64,000 bases of DNA from Octopus sinensis (taxonomy: Eukaryota), in the NCBI RefSeq assembly GCF_006345805.1, contig NC_043014.1:18104001-18168000 (forward strand). The letters are read 5' to 3'. The position numbers and the translations under genes are program-made. Positions 38,986 through 53,479 of this stretch are shown here, in pieces. The stretch's first letter is position 1; each line of letters opens with the position of its first letter. The notes under the pieces are model-generated. The model did no database searches. It was given only the letters and a program-made list of their open reading frames with translations, and was not told the DNA's origin.

Positions 38986-41461
38986 ATTTAAGGGGCGTGT
39001 GGCCTCCGTAAAAATATAGAAGCACTGTGTTGGTCAGCTATTTGGCGGAGACACATGGACACTGTGAAAATCTCCGGCCAGGTAACGGAAAAAATTGTTT
39101 TTTTATAAAAACATAAATTCAGAGAAGCTCACTCTAAGAAGTAGAACAATCTATATAAATTACTGGTGAAGGCCGGTTTCTAGGTTTACCCTGGGTTTCT
39201 CGCCATAAAGAGTATCTTTAGGGAAAATTGTAAAGTCGGTTGTTGTAATGTGATAATAAAGGTATTTCAGAGCATTCACGAAACACACATTTACAATAGA
39301 TTATGTCCGCTTAGATATAGAGCTAAATCTGTAATTCATTTTTGGATTTTGTTTGCAAAATTCTTAATGTGAGTTCGTGTGTTGAATCATATTTTGTTGT
39401 GTCTCTTTTAGTGCCTTATTATTTAATATATTCACCGGTAAAATTTCCACTCATTTACTTATTTATTTTACCTAAAATTTTCGTTCCGTCTTGCGACCTT
39501 TTCAATAGTCGTTGAAAAAAAAAGCATGTGGCTTTATAGTTTTGGATAGTAGTTTATATGCAGAGTGAGAGAGAGAGGGGGGAGAGAGAGGAAGAGGAGA
39601 GATGGAGAGAGAGAGAGAGAGAGGGCGAGAGAGAAAGAGAAACTGGATAATCTGGTGGTGCTACCACAGTATCAGATAGAATGCCTTGCGGTATTTGTTT
39701 CAGCTCCATGAGCTTAAAGTTCAAAACACTAAGAAATTAACTTTGCCTTTCACACTTACGGAGTCGATAAGTACAAGTCTAGTGCGCTGGGTTGGCGGTT
39801 CTTTTAAGACGCCCGGTGTGATGCACTTTGCTATTGGATCTTCCTGTATCTGGGCTAGAGGTCTTGGGAACCATGCCAAAAACAATAGGCTTCAGATGTC
39901 TAGCAGAATGACGCTTTGATTGGTGCAATATATCTGATACACCAGTGGAACAGGTGAACTCTGTATGATGAGATATCCAAGAGCAGATGTATATATATAT
40001 ATATATATATACATGTGCAGATTTGTGTACATAATGCATACGTTTATGTATACAAACATACACACACACATATGTATATCTACAATATGCATGTCCATGC
40101 GCTTGTATATGTATAAGTGTGCATGCATATATACATGCATATATGTATGTATGTATGTATCTAAAATACGCTTATGCATGTGTGCAGTTATATCTTAGCA
40201 ACAGTATAATTTAACATATACATTATATGTATGCGTGTGTGTGTACCGAAAGAGAGAGAGAGGGAGAGGGATGTAGATAGATAGATATATACATACTTAC
40301 ATACATACACACATATAGTAACATGCTTACGTATAACTATATTAATCTGAAATAAATCGTCTGATTATGTTGTTCGACAATATTTAAAAATTACCAAGTA
40401 ACAAAGCTAAAGTACAGTTTAAAATATTTGGATTGAATTAACAGGGTTAGTTATAAGGATCTTCTGTCCTATTAATTAAATAAATGCATAGTCTTCGGTA
40501 ACGTAAAACGTTAATAAAAAAGCGAATTACAATTAATTTTTGTTAACAACGTTAACAAAAAATAAAGAGTTCGTATTTCACTTTTGTCTATCCTTCTTTT
40601 CTTTTAGAGTTTTAACGGCTACCAGCACGGTGACGCGATCTCCTCAAATCTGGATTGAGTGCGCAGAAACGGATAGTATAACAATAAGTTAATCGTACTA
40701 AAGTCTCCCACCCATATACACCGCAAAATGTCAGCTTAGGTAACCAAAAACATTCCTACGGCAGTCATCGTCTTATCAATTACCGCAGGGTGGGCCTTTA
40801 CTTGACGCCTGATAACACATTTTAGAAAAAAACTATTGTCTTCTATTTTTCACTTAATTTGCCTGAAATGGTAAAATAAAGAAAATAAAATAAAGGAAAG
40901 AAACTGAAGCTCTGCCTTGAAAATTCTCTGCGCAACATTATAATAAATTTATGAGCTGTTATTGCTGATACGTATACATTGACATGATGTCTTTATCTAA
41001 CAGATATATTTAGGAAAAAGAAAAAGTGAAAGAAAGCAAAACGAACTCAACACATACACACAAGGAAACATGTACTCACACACGTATCAAAAGCATCCAA
41101 ACAGATAACTTGGTTAGTGTTAAGGTCATTCGTTTCACCTACACCATTGACCTAAAAACAAATAGATTCTCTTTAGGCTTCAGTACACTTACTTCCATGG
41201 TATTTTGTTAAAACAGCGGGTAGGTACGTTTATGTATTTTGTTTTACTATATTTATACAGTCGAACAGAGAACTTGAGCATTTTACAACAATGTGAGATG
41301 CGTACAACTGGTATTAATTCTAATAAATTTATCAGATTTCAAAGTCAGTGCGGGATCTCTCAATTCGCTAGAAATAGCAGCAGAATTGCACTCCAATCAC
41401 ATTCTACTGTCTTAAATTAAAAGGAAGTTACATTGGATGATGTAGCTTTAGATACAATGTC

Positions 41462-41835
41462 TCTTTACCTTGTTTCAGTCACTGGACTGTGGCCATGATG
41501 GTGCACCGCATTGTAGGGCTTAGTTGAAATAATCCACTTAACTATTTACTTTCAAAAGCCTAATGATTATTCTAATAGCTTTCTTTTAACCGATCCGCTT
41601 GATCACGCGGACGTAAACAAACCAATGCCGGTCGTCAAGCAGTAGTGGAGAAAACACAGAAACAAAGACACACGTGCACACACACAGACACACATACACA
41701 TGCCAGGATTCTTTGAATTTCCGTCTGCCAAATCCACTAAAAATGCTCTGGTCGTCTCTGGGCTATAGCAGAATACACTTGTCCATGGTTGTGCATAGTG
41801 GGTGTGACTCAAAAAGTCTTCTTAATCACACAGCC
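41462..41835 (-). mobile_element. Degraded SINE family B
   Basis: ttgtttcagtcactggactgtggccatg... and tttccgtctgccaaatccact motifs. Confidence 0.7.
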
Positions 41836-42763
41836 ATGTAAAGAACAAAAATAAAAACTAAAATCAAAAAAGCTCTACAAAATTATTTAAAGCAGTCTGT
41901 CGTTGCAGATTTCTCTTCCGAAGATGAAATCCTTCGTACACTATCTGAATGCGAAAAAAATCTTCGGTAATAGTAATTTAGCCTATCATCCATTTTGCAT
42001 GAATTTACACGTGCTTCTGGAACAGGTCAGAGAAAGGTTCGAAAATCTCATTATGATGGAGCTAATCATCACCAATTTCATAAATTATTTTACTTATTCA
42101 AGTAAAAATATAAGAACGGAAACTGGGTATTTTTGAGTTTTACAATGGAATTGTTTTAAGATACATTCATATAGATAATAATTTTGGAACTGGATTTTTA
42201 GCAACAGATTCTCAGCCCCTAAAGAAGGTAGAATACAAAAATAAATATCTTATATCACATACAGACCCATGTGTAAATCAGTGTTTCAATTCTGAACATT
42301 ATGAAATCAAAACAATGATCTCGACTTAATTATGATCATTTTGATTGCTGCAATCAAGATTGTTGCAATCAGCATACACACTTAATTATAGAATATTGGG
42401 AAATGTAATTCAGCGTCAAAGCTCACATTGATTTTGAGGTTATCAGAGAAAGTAAACGTGTGTCACAAATTTGTTCGTGCATAAATGATTTTGTGTATGA
42501 TGTCCATTTATAAAACTTATAAATGTATTTGTGCGTGAAACGTTTACTAAAAAAATCCAGCAATAAATTTGTCTCTCAAATGAATTATGTTCCTCGCAAT
42601 ACTGGAAGGCGTAGAATGCTCTTAGATGCAAAAATGTGTGTATAATGCTATAATCATAAATAAAGATATCTATACACATATATGCGTGTACGTACTAGTC
42701 TTTGCGTTTCTCTGAGAGTCTAAGTAGAAGTGTGTGCATTTGTGCACGATTTTTTAATGCATC

Positions 42764-42844
<81 letters not shown>

Positions 42845-42929
42845 CGTTAGACTGAAAAACAGATACACATAGAGAAACAACCAACCAGTGAACCAGACAT
42901 ATAGAGAGTCAGATAGACAGATAGATAGA

Positions 42930-43048
<119 letters not shown>

Positions 43049-43477
43049 TGCAATATCTTATGTTTGGGGCGTATATCGTATACTTTTTCTTCAAACTATA
43101 TGAATAGAATAAATTATCTAATTCATAGATGTGGACATTCTAAATAAAGTATCGTATATTCATTACATATCAGTGCATGTGATATTGTTGGCCGTGAGCA
43201 AAGATATACTCGTACATGAACAACAAAAAAACACATTGATTTTGTGAAGCAAATGTTAAACGAGACCATTTTTTTTTCTTAATTTTGGTATATATATATA
43301 TTTTGTTATATCTATATACTTTTAAAATGGTTAGAGAGTTACATTATTCGTAAATACTCCCTTTTTTTTACTCATTTTATCTCTGATTCACTTAAGTTAT
43401 CTTTGGCCATGCTCGAGCAAACACTGACTAGTTTAAACAAAATTGTTTTCGTTTGTTCCAACACAATAAACGTATTG

Positions 43478-43538
<61 letters not shown>

Positions 43539-43904
43539 TTGTCACAGCAGCAGTAGTAGACGTTATGGTGGTCGTGGGTGTGGTAATGTGTTGGTGGTAG
43601 TAGTATTAGCAGCAGCAATAGTAGTAGTGGCAGTAACAGTAGTAGTGTTAGCAGCACCAGTAGTAGTAGTATTTGTTGTTGCTGTTGTTATTTATGTGGT
43701 GGTGGTGGTGGTCATCATTGTTATCGTGGATCTCCGTCGTTCGACAAGGAAGATTCATTTCTTCTAACTCTAAATTAATGTGCAAGTGACCGTGTATTCT
43801 GTAGAGACGTTGTATCCTTCAGGTAACGTAATTCTCAAAACAGAATCAGCGTGACTAGGATATACCTTGTAAAAACTAAAGGTACAATCCATCCACGTAG
43901 GACC

Positions 43905-44322
43905 TTCTTATTTCTTTATTGCCCACATGGGGCTAAACATAGACGGAACAAACAAGGGCAGACACAGGTATTAAGTCGATTACATCGACCCCAGTGCGTA
44001 ACTGGTACTTAATTTATCGACTCCGAAAGGATGAAAGACAAAGTCGATCTCGGGGGAATTTGAACTCAGAACGTAACGGCAGACGAAATACCTATTTCTT
44101 TACTACCCACAAGGGGCTAAACATAGAGGGGACAAACAAGTAAAGACAAACGGATTAAGTCGATCACATCGACCCCAGTGCGTCACTGGTACTTAATTTA
44201 TCAATCCCGAAAGGATGAAAGGTAAAGTTGACCTCGGTGGAATTTGAACTCAGAACGCAGCGGCAGACGAAATACCGCTAAGCATTTCACCCGGCGTGCT
44301 AACGTTTCCGCCAGCTCGCCGC
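43905..44322 (-). mobile_element. SINE family A with internal tandem duplication
   Basis: Two copies of ttaagtcgat.acatcgaccccagtgcgt...gaatttgaactcagaacg, ending in gccagctcgccgc. Confidence 0.85.
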
Positions 44323-46258
44323 ACGTAGGGCCTTCTTAGCAGCTTTATAATCCCTCGGCCAAATCAGCGCACCTATATTATTGTTTTGATTGGCTACAAC
44401 ATGCATATATCAGAACTAGAACCCCTAGACCCAGAAGGCCTCTTGGGAAAACTGCCCGGTGAGTCCATACTTTAAGACCGCAATGCAACTACGGACTTCA
44501 AAGCAATTTCAGTCTACCCATAATTTCTGATCGTTTAAAAGCTAGTGAGAGGAAACCCACAAGCTTTGTATCAAGCTAAGATTATCGAAAAAATTCATTG
44601 TCCAAGATGGCGTGTCGGGATACCGAATCAGGGACCTCTTGGTTGCAAAGCAGACATCTTAACCATTCCGCCAAGCTATACTTACAGTAGTAGTAGTAGT
44701 AGTAGTGGAAGTAGTATTGCATGTTCCAGGTATAAAATTAGATGCTATTACGCAAATCTCGTAAAAAGATTGCATGCAAAATGAACGTTGTGTTGTTATT
44801 CCATTCAGTCGAAACATATTTACACAAAATTACTTCACCATTTCTCCAGTAACAATATGAGCTGCCATTACTATCATGCAGACCACGTATCCAATGCGTA
44901 AAGAAAAAAAATAAAGAAAAATGGTTTATAAATGGAGTGGTGGCGTGGTTGTACATTCAAGTTCTTACGGGGTTAACAAACCACTGTAATTATATTTTCA
45001 GCATGTGGAATAAACAGGTTCCTTTTCATACACAAACATGTGCATGTACGTACATATACATACATACATACATACATACATACATACATACATACATACA
45101 TACATACACACACACGCACACACACACACACACACAAATATATGCGCGTTTGTGTATATGTGTCGTACATTATCATTCTGAGCATGAATCTGATCTGATT
45201 AGCAAAATTCTCCTCATGCTAATTACTGTAATTGTTATTATTATCAACAATAATATCCTCATCATCATTATCATCATCGTTACCAGCACCCATAGTCGTC
45301 ATCTTCGTCGTCGCCGCTGCCGTCGTCGCCACCACTATCGTCGCCGCAGCCGCCGTCAAAGCTGCTGTCGTCTTCGCATCAAGTCGCCATCGTCTACAAC
45401 ATCAGTATCCTTATCGTCGTCATCATCATTATCATCGACATCACAAGTATCCTCGCCATTGCTACTATATATGTTATTGCTTTTGTCGATGAAATTCGGA
45501 AAATTTGAGGTTTTGGGGCTGCTTTTTCCTTTCGAAATATCCATTCAAAAAACAGCGAGTATGACCGAAAATAGAAATCCGATAAACGTGAGTAAGAATT
45601 TAAATAACAAACATACAAGAGAAAATTACACACACACGCGCGCGCGCGCACACACACACGCACGCACACACGAGCACACACATATATATCAATGTATGTA
45701 TGTCTATATGTGGTAAGATATATATATGGACACACGCATGTAGTTATAAATATATACATGCATATAGTTACGAATGTATGTGTGCGCGCACGCGCTGGTG
45801 TGTACACATGCATACAAAAGTAATTCGGTAAACAATCAATTCCTCGCTACGCTGTTAACAATCCCATGTCAATGAGTTTCCGAGTATGACTGCTTATATA
45901 TTATCACGCTATATCAAACGCTGTTTTTCTAATATAAAAAGTTAAATATATAACAAGAGCTTTCACTCATTTGTCTTCTTACTGGTTTTAGTTATTTGAC
46001 GGTGGCCATGCTAGGGCACTGCCCTGAAGAGCTTTAGTCAACAAATCGACCGCAGGCGTTATTTTTTTAATCCAAGTACTTATTCCATCGTCTCTTTGCT
46101 GACCGATAATTTATGGGGACGTAAACATACCAACATTGGCTGTCAAGTCGTGGTGGAGTCAAACACTGACACAAAGACACACACACACACACATATACAT
46201 ATATATATATATATACATACATACATACACATACATACATATATATTTATATATATAT

Positions 46259-46665
46259 ATAGGCGCAGGAGTGGCTGTGTGGTAAGTAGCTTGCTTACCA
46301 ACCACATGGTTCCGGGTTCAGTCCCACTGCGTGGCATCTTGGGCAAGTGTCTTCTGCTATAGCCCTGGGCCGACCAATGCCTTGTGAGTGGATTTGGTAG
46401 ACGGAAACTGAAAGAAGCCTGTCGTATATATGTACATATATATATGTATGTGTGTGTATATGTTTGTGTGTCTGTGTTTGTCCCCCCAATATCGCTTGAC
46501 AACCGATGCTGGTGTGTTTATGTCCCCCGTAACTTAGCGGTTCGACAAAAAGAGACCGATAGAATAAGTACTGGGCTTAGAATGAATAAGTCCCGGGGTC
46601 GATCTGTTCGACTAAAGGTGGTGCTCCAGCATGGCCGCAGTCAAATGACTGAAACAAGTAAAAAA
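46259..46665 (+). mobile_element. tRNA-derived SINE family B, full length
   Basis: ataggcgcaggagtggctgtgtggtaag (A box) ... ggttcagtccc (B box); internal microsatellite; tail ...gtcaaatgactgaaacaagtaaaa. Confidence 0.9.
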
Positions 46666-47067
46666 AAAAGAAATATATACATACATATATATATAAATAA
46701 TACACATACACACTCACAAACGCACACACACACATATGCATATATGGGTACAGAACGTGACCAACAGCAAACAACATGAAATACGAAAACAAATGAGTTA
46801 AATACGCAAACAACGAGAGAAAAAATGGAAAACAGAACAAGTAGCATAAAGAACGACCCTTCATCAGATGTCGGCTGTCTTTTGAGCACTGAACAGTAAT
46901 GTGAGTCTCCAAAGACAGTTGGTCCTATAAATGCCAAAATGTAATTTTGGATTTACGGAGGGTCAAAGCTGGGAATAAAAACACGACAGAGGAGATATAC
47001 AAGGAAACCGAACGGAAACAAACATGGAGGGTCGTTAGGCCAGAACGGGGGTTTATATATATATATG

Positions 47068-47215
47068 ACGGGCTTCTTTCAGTTTCCGTCCACTAGCTTT
47101 TCTCAGAAGGCTTTGGTTGGCCTAAGGCTAAAGTAGAAGACACCTGCCCAAGTTGTTGCGCAGTGAGACTAAACCCAGAACCACTTGGTTTGGGAAGGAA
47201 GCTTTTTGCCATAAA
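47068..47215 (-). mobile_element. Partial SINE family B (5' half)
   Basis: gacgggcttctttcagtttccgtc...aaggctttggttggcc. Confidence 0.75.
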
Positions 47216-47263
47216 ATCACACTAATAATAATAATAATAATAATAATAACAATAATAATAATA

Positions 47264-47823
47264 AATGCCCTGATTCACTACCAGAGAGTAGCTCTCATGG
47301 CTTCCGATCTTAACTGATTGGAAGTGTTATCATATACAATGTTTTATCTTGGTATCAAAGATGGGCTACAGCAAATATTCTGCTCAATACCACAGATTTG
47401 CTTGACAGTTGTTTGACCTTAACCAGTTGAGCATGTCCCTTTGTCTCTGATGATATGTGCATCTCTGATCACGAGCAGAAGTAGTGGGGGAGCATCATAG
47501 CCATGTGTTGAAAGGAATTTTTGGGGGTTTGAATAATTCACCCTTGGAAACATGAGTGTTTCGTTCAACATCCTTAAATAACTCTTATTCAGAGACCTTT
47601 TGAGCAGGATGGGCTACTCGACCTGAAGAAAATTCTAACTGTGCCCCACCTGCAAGGTCATGTGCTGTTTATCTTGCTGTTTATATGAAATCATGTCGGG
47701 CACATATGGTTGTGATGCATGTGCCTGGTGCACCCTTATCAGACGGGTAGTCCTGATGGGTATACTGGGCTTCGTCTATTTTACCCCAGTGTCACTTTGA
47801 TGGCATGCGCTGCTCTCTCACTC
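47264..47823 (+). mobile_element. (AAT)n-flanked dispersed repeat, copy 3
   Basis: aatgccctgat...gctctctcactc with (AAT)n on both sides. Confidence 0.85.
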
Positions 47824-47839
47824 AATAATAATAATGATG

Positions 47840-47890
<51 letters not shown>

Positions 47891-48604
47891 TAATAATAAT
47901 AATAATGATAATAATAATATAACAACAAAAGAATGAGACCCCGATATTAGAGAAACAGAGGGTTTTTCATATATGTTATAAATTAGGACAAACAGTAAAA
48001 GGTTGTCATTATAGCACTCGGAGTTTCGAATATATATACATGAAGCTAGTATTAAATAAATTGCTTATTATCATAGTATCAAAACTAGTAGCTCCAAGTC
48101 ACTGAAACTACTAGATTTGTTGTGTATATAAGTATGCTGTATAATTGTTTCTCCGGGATAGATCAAGTGATGTAAATACCCCTGATGATGCCTCAGTAAT
48201 GTTCGAAAATCGAGTGAGGCTATTTATCGTTTTCTTCAATTTACGGTGAAATAGTTAAATTTTCCGTTTGGACATATATCTACTACGTATGTTATATATA
48301 TATATATATATATATTTCGTTTTTGGATTTGTCTCCCCAGACACAACAGTCTGGGTCATTACGTATTCTTACTTTATTAGAGCAAATTTCGCTTACATTT
48401 GTTTCCAGTAGTCGTTATTGGTACGTTCCTGATAGGTTTACTCAATCAGTCTATGAATAAGTTGCGAAAAATAGAACTACCTACAAAAGTTAATGCTGCT
48501 TTTGTCAGACCATGTCTGGTTATAACAAAGCAGAACACTGACATAACAACTACAACAACAACAACAACAACAACAATAATGATAATAATAATAATAATAA
48601 TAAT

Positions 48605-49740
48605 ACTTTCTTTATTGGTCACCAGAGCCGAATACAAGACATAGAGGACGATACACAGACAAAGGACAGTGAGGTTAAACGTGTAAACAGCAAACGAACA
48701 CAACGATTAACAGAGATTACATTAACAATATGCTTCCCGAAAGTGTGGGATCCACCGAAAGGTGATGAAAGAGACCTCACACACTTTGGACCCCTTAACA
48801 CCAAACGCTCTTCAGGAAGGCACCTTCTCCTCTCCCTTCCGTCCGGCCTACACACGCACACTTAGAGTAGGCCCATTCACGCGGGTCATTCTTGCAACAT
48901 TCACCAACCTTTCAACGAACTTACTGACAGACAATATCTCCCTCTCCAGCCCCATTTCCCTTTTCAGGTGGAACCTAAATAAGTCAATGAGGCTTTGGCC
49001 ATAGAGGAAGGTACCCATCTTCAACCCACACGTTCACCACACAAATATGTGCCATAGCCACCAGACAGAGAAACTACCCTCCATTTCCCGGCCAAAGGAA
49101 GGAGGCGAGGCGATCTTCACAATGGACTCGGACGATAGCCGGATCCGTCTTACATGTGAAAATAACTGTTCGACAAAGTTCCAATGCGCGGACATTGTAC
49201 GAGAGCATGCAGAGTGGCTTCATCGCTCTGCGTGCATCTCGGAAAAGCCCCACTGACTGCACACCCGTGCCTGTAGAGCTTATCTCGAACCGGCAGCGGC
49301 TCCAGGTAGCACTGCTAAGCCAGGGGTTTCTGGAAGTTATCCATAGTTCCCGACCCGAAAATCCCCCGCAAAAGACCCGCCAGTTGATCCCTCCCGTCCA
49401 CGACGCCCAGACCTTTCCAAGTACGACGTCGCTCTTGCCTCCGCTTATCCCCAATAGAACTCCAAAGTGGAAATTCCAACGACCGCATTACCCGACTGAC
49501 CGAGGGTTGTCAGCGCTTGGAGGCACCCTAGGTGCCAAGCGGCCTGCCTCGGTCTACGTCTGATCTAGGACTGTAGCTCCGTCAAGGAGATGAGCTGCGG
49601 AAACAGTGACCGCACCTGATCACTGTTTAGTTATCGCTGGAGATGTCGCAGCTCCAGCACATGTCTTCGCATCATCAGCCACGGCATACCCAGTCCTCCA
49701 CCCAACGGGTACTGACAGTAAATGGATCGTCTGACAAGCA
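48605..49740 (-). mobile_element. 5'-truncated Tx1/L1-clade LINE (3' portion)
   Basis: Reverse complement is homologous to 7600-8480 (DEATLHALVQCP-like motif, FHLKREMG.EREI); tail abuts (AAT)n. Confidence 0.75.
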
Positions 49741-49788
49741 GAACCTGCCCCTCCACAGGGAATTAGTTACCCATATGATATATATATA

Positions 49789-49853
<65 letters not shown>

Positions 49854-50286
49854 GTGCATAGATGAAGCTGAAAACAATATTCGCAATCTGTTACTCCGAG
49901 GTTCAAGTAATCTATCAACGGACAGCTGTTAACATCACAATTGTAGTGTTCCGTAAGTTAGCACTGGTCTGACTATGAGTTACGTAAAACTCGGAATGAA
50001 GTGTTGCAAAGGTTCTCAGTTTCAATAAAACAATTATATCATTCTGTTTGTTTCAGTCTGGCTTTTCCGTGTTATACTTACGTCATGAAAGGGAAACATA
50101 AAAGACAGAAAGAGAGAGGGGCGGGGGGGAGAAGAAGGTCTGTATTATTAGCGAGAGCGAGAGAAAGAGAGAGAGAGGGTGTGAGAAAGAGAAAGAGAAG
50201 GCATACACACTCTCACACACACACTCTCACACACACACACACACACGCATTATTGTATATACAGTTATGCATAGAAAAAAGCAGAC

Positions 50287-50319
<33 letters not shown>

Positions 50320-51959
50320 ATGCATGTATCAAACACTGATGAGCGTTTGCGTTTGTCTGTCGAAAATGGTGGCTGTCAGAAATAGCGTGAGGGAGTTGAT
50401 TTTATCTTAATTTAGAAAAGAATTTTATGTTATTATACTCTATAATTGCCCTCTGAAGGAGTGGACCCTCTTGACCAAACTGGTGAACTAGCCTAGTTTG
50501 ATGTATCTCTTGTTCATCTTAATGTTTATAATTCCTCTCTCTTTTCAGTTTTTTCAGAACTACAGGTAAGCTACATTGCTTCGCCTCTTTTGACACTTGT
50601 CACAGTCTCGTCCTTTCTTGCTCGAATTTAGATAAGTAATCTAATAGATATCTACTCGAGTGTCCGCTTAATAGATGTATTTTGTTATCTGTTTCTTTCT
50701 TCTTTTCTGCTACAATGTTGCCTTTTCTTCTCTCCTGTGTCTATATTGGAAACCTGATTGTCTAATTATATTTTAAACAATAGGTTATTGTTGATATCAT
50801 GTTTCTTAAACAATTTGTTTGAATATTCCTTTATTGTCGACTATGTTTTATTTCCTTACTCCTATTTTATACGCTTCATAAGAATTTTTCTATTTTGTGC
50901 GATGAGATTCAATATAACTTGCGTGCGAGATAATTTATTCTGTCCATATCAAACTGATGAGTGGCGTAATTTGAAACCGGTCATAGGTCTTCTTGGTTTT
51001 CGCATACATATTTTTGATATTTCTACATTTTATTACAGTGAAACTTGCTAATTGGTTTAAAATTTTCGGCACAAATAATTATTGTATTAATTATTATGTC
51101 CTATTCGTAATAATAGTCTGATTTTCGTACGGTTTTCTGTTTAAATGTTTTTACTCATATTAATTTACCGATTATTTTCTGGTAAACCTGTATTTGTGTA
51201 TTTAAATTTGTTTTATTGATACTTAAGACATTCATCTCTTTATAAGCCGCTTGCTTATATTTACTTCTTTGTGATTTTGACACACTTCTCAACTTCCACG
51301 TTCAAATGATTATCTTTGCCGAAACTCTATTGTATGCATAACACCTCTCTGCTTAGTTGTTATCTTTTGCATGTAATTTTGAGTCATCCATAAACAAAAG
51401 AAGTGTCAGTTCTCACTAAGGCGTGTCAGTTCTCACTAAGGCGTGTCAGTGTTAGATTAAGAAGCAAATAGGGATAGGAGTGGAGTAGTGAGGCTCCATC
51501 TTAATGAGTTTGGGCAACTTGTCACCATACTGTTATTCTTTTGCAGTAATACATCTACTTTTCAGTTTTCCACGGCAAGACCGACATTTCGTTACACATT
51601 CAGACTTGCATAAGTATATTTGCTTTCTTTTTTTAAATATACAGATGTGGAACTACTCTCAAAAGCTAGTCTATAGTTATATTTCATGTTGAAATGCTTT
51701 TCTCTTCTAACGTTTTCTAATAGTACTTTGATATTTTATGGCACTTTAAGATATATTTTCTGATTAGCTCCAGAGATCTTAGGCTTTCTTTTTTTATATA
51801 CAGTATATTGTAATATCTTATATCTTCAGACAAAAATTATAGCAACAAAAGTATTTTTTTTAAGTTAAAACAATTTTCTTACTGGAATTCTCAATTTTCC
51901 TCCTGGAATCCTGAAATTCGTACCCCGACACACACACACACATTGTTAATAGAAAACTA

Positions 51960-52650
51960 TCCGGCCTGTAGAGCATAGAATTGGCAGTAACTAAGACATT
52001 TAGAGAGAAGCGCTGTTTTACTTGACAATAGCCACCTTGATGGAATGTGGTTAGACCAATAGGTTGTTGAAAGGTGTCTGGTTTCTTTTCGATATTTCAC
52101 AAGTTTGCATTCTGCCAATTCCAGTTGTTGGGGTAATTGCTTCGTTAATGTTAAGGTCATTTCCTCTCTTCAAATATTTCTCCATTCTTACTTACCCCCT
52201 TTTTTGTTGAATCCCCCCCGTAATCCTCTTTGAGTTGTTGTCATAACAGACAACTTCCTTCCAAATGTCTCCACAATATTTCTCTATTTCAGGTTTTGTT
52301 GGTCATTCTTTAATCTCCATGTTTGAGTTATTTAATCTTCTGTAGAAAGTTTTTGGGATTCTTTCAAATAGTTCTCTTTGTTTAAAGAAGCATTCACGCT
52401 TCTCAAATCATTTAATACCTTATGTCTTTTCTAAGTTATCTTGTCGTAATCTCTCGCTTATTGCCAAGAGTTACGTTTTTCCTTTGATGTTAAATTTCCT
52501 AAATTTTTATGTATTTGTTTTCTTATTCTAATATTTGGGGTTTCTTTGTCCCTTACCCTTGGTATTAATAGATTTATTTGTTTTCTAGAAATCCTTTGTG
52601 TTTTGCCATGTCATCGTTACAGGCCTGAGCGGAGTATCCAGCTTCTGTCT
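51960..52650 (-). mobile_element. Degraded R4/Dong-like fragment (pre-RT region)
   Basis: FEKRECFFKQRELFERIPKTFYRRL...PEIEKYCGDIWK parallels FEKRNKFYKQNKLF..FYREI...FWKKIW in ORF 61163..62365. Confidence 0.65.
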
Positions 52651-52719
52651 CAGGTGTATAACCGCTTGTATTTTTTCTCAGATTACAAGCTAAACTGTGT
52701 AGATGAATGATTCCCCATT

Positions 52720-52860
52720 TCAAAGGTTAAATTTCGAAAGAAGCTTTCTTCAACTTATTTGAGCATCACTTGAAAGAGGAGGCGAGGGTAGAGAGAGAAG
52801 TTCTGGTCCCGAGAAAATTTTGACAGGTCGGTGACGTAGTCTGACATGGCGCGTTTGAAA
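52720..52860 (+). mobile_element. Tx1-like 3' fragment
   Basis: catcacttgaaagagg..gtagagagagaagttctg resembles ~8085-8135. Confidence 0.4.
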
Positions 52861-53260
52861 TACTGAACTCTAGTGGATTGTTTACAAATTGGATTCGGAA
52901 AGATGCATAATCAGCGTCCTACCCCAGCCTGCTCCAAATTCCTTCCGAAAGTTATCTACTTTCGGTAATTCAGTCATTTAGTTAGCGATTTATATTCAAA
53001 ACTTTTAAAATATCGATGGAATATCATTTTTGTTGTGAAGGTGTTACTAAGCCAAATATTCTGAGTCTGCTTTTCATTCATATCACATTTTCCAGTGCCA
53101 GTCGATACCATCGATACAATTCCTTACTGGTACTCCATTTTATCGGCCCCAGTAGGGTTTGAACTCAGATCATAAAGAGACGGAGAAAATACTGCAGATC
53201 ATTTCTGCCCGACACATAACAATGTTGTCAATCTACCGTCCTTAATAAATTAAAAACATA

Positions 53261-53479
53261 TACGAGGTGGTACTGGAAACATCCTAGCTTTAAGGGTGTC
53301 GCGAAAGGACTGGTTGAATGCCCAACTTTCTGAGTTCTTTTACAAGGCTTAGAAAAACTGAAGGGCCACTGCATTAAGTGTGAATCTGAGAGGGGAATAC
53401 GTTGAATAAAATCATAATTAACTGATGCTCCTGCATTTTCTTTCACCCAAAGCCAGGAACCTTTCGGCACCTCCTCGTA
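53261..53479. mobile_element. Mariner-type MITE
   Basis: ~31-bp degenerate TIRs (tacgaggtggtactggaaacatcctagcttt / aaagccaggaacctttcggcacctcctcgta) with TA ends. Confidence 0.75.

Noticed and set aside
41903-42136. Host exon (cag|ATTTCTCTTCCGAAGATGAAATCC...|gtaata; DFSSEDEILRTLSECEKNLR)
   Set aside because: Weak donor, no recognisable homology and no supporting neighbouring exons.
48175-48220. Hammerhead-like CTGATGA...GAAA
   Set aside because: No pairing for stem II or III and no NUH plus stem I partner.
50330-50380. Hammerhead-like CTGATGA...GAAA
   Set aside because: Stems I, II and III cannot be formed.
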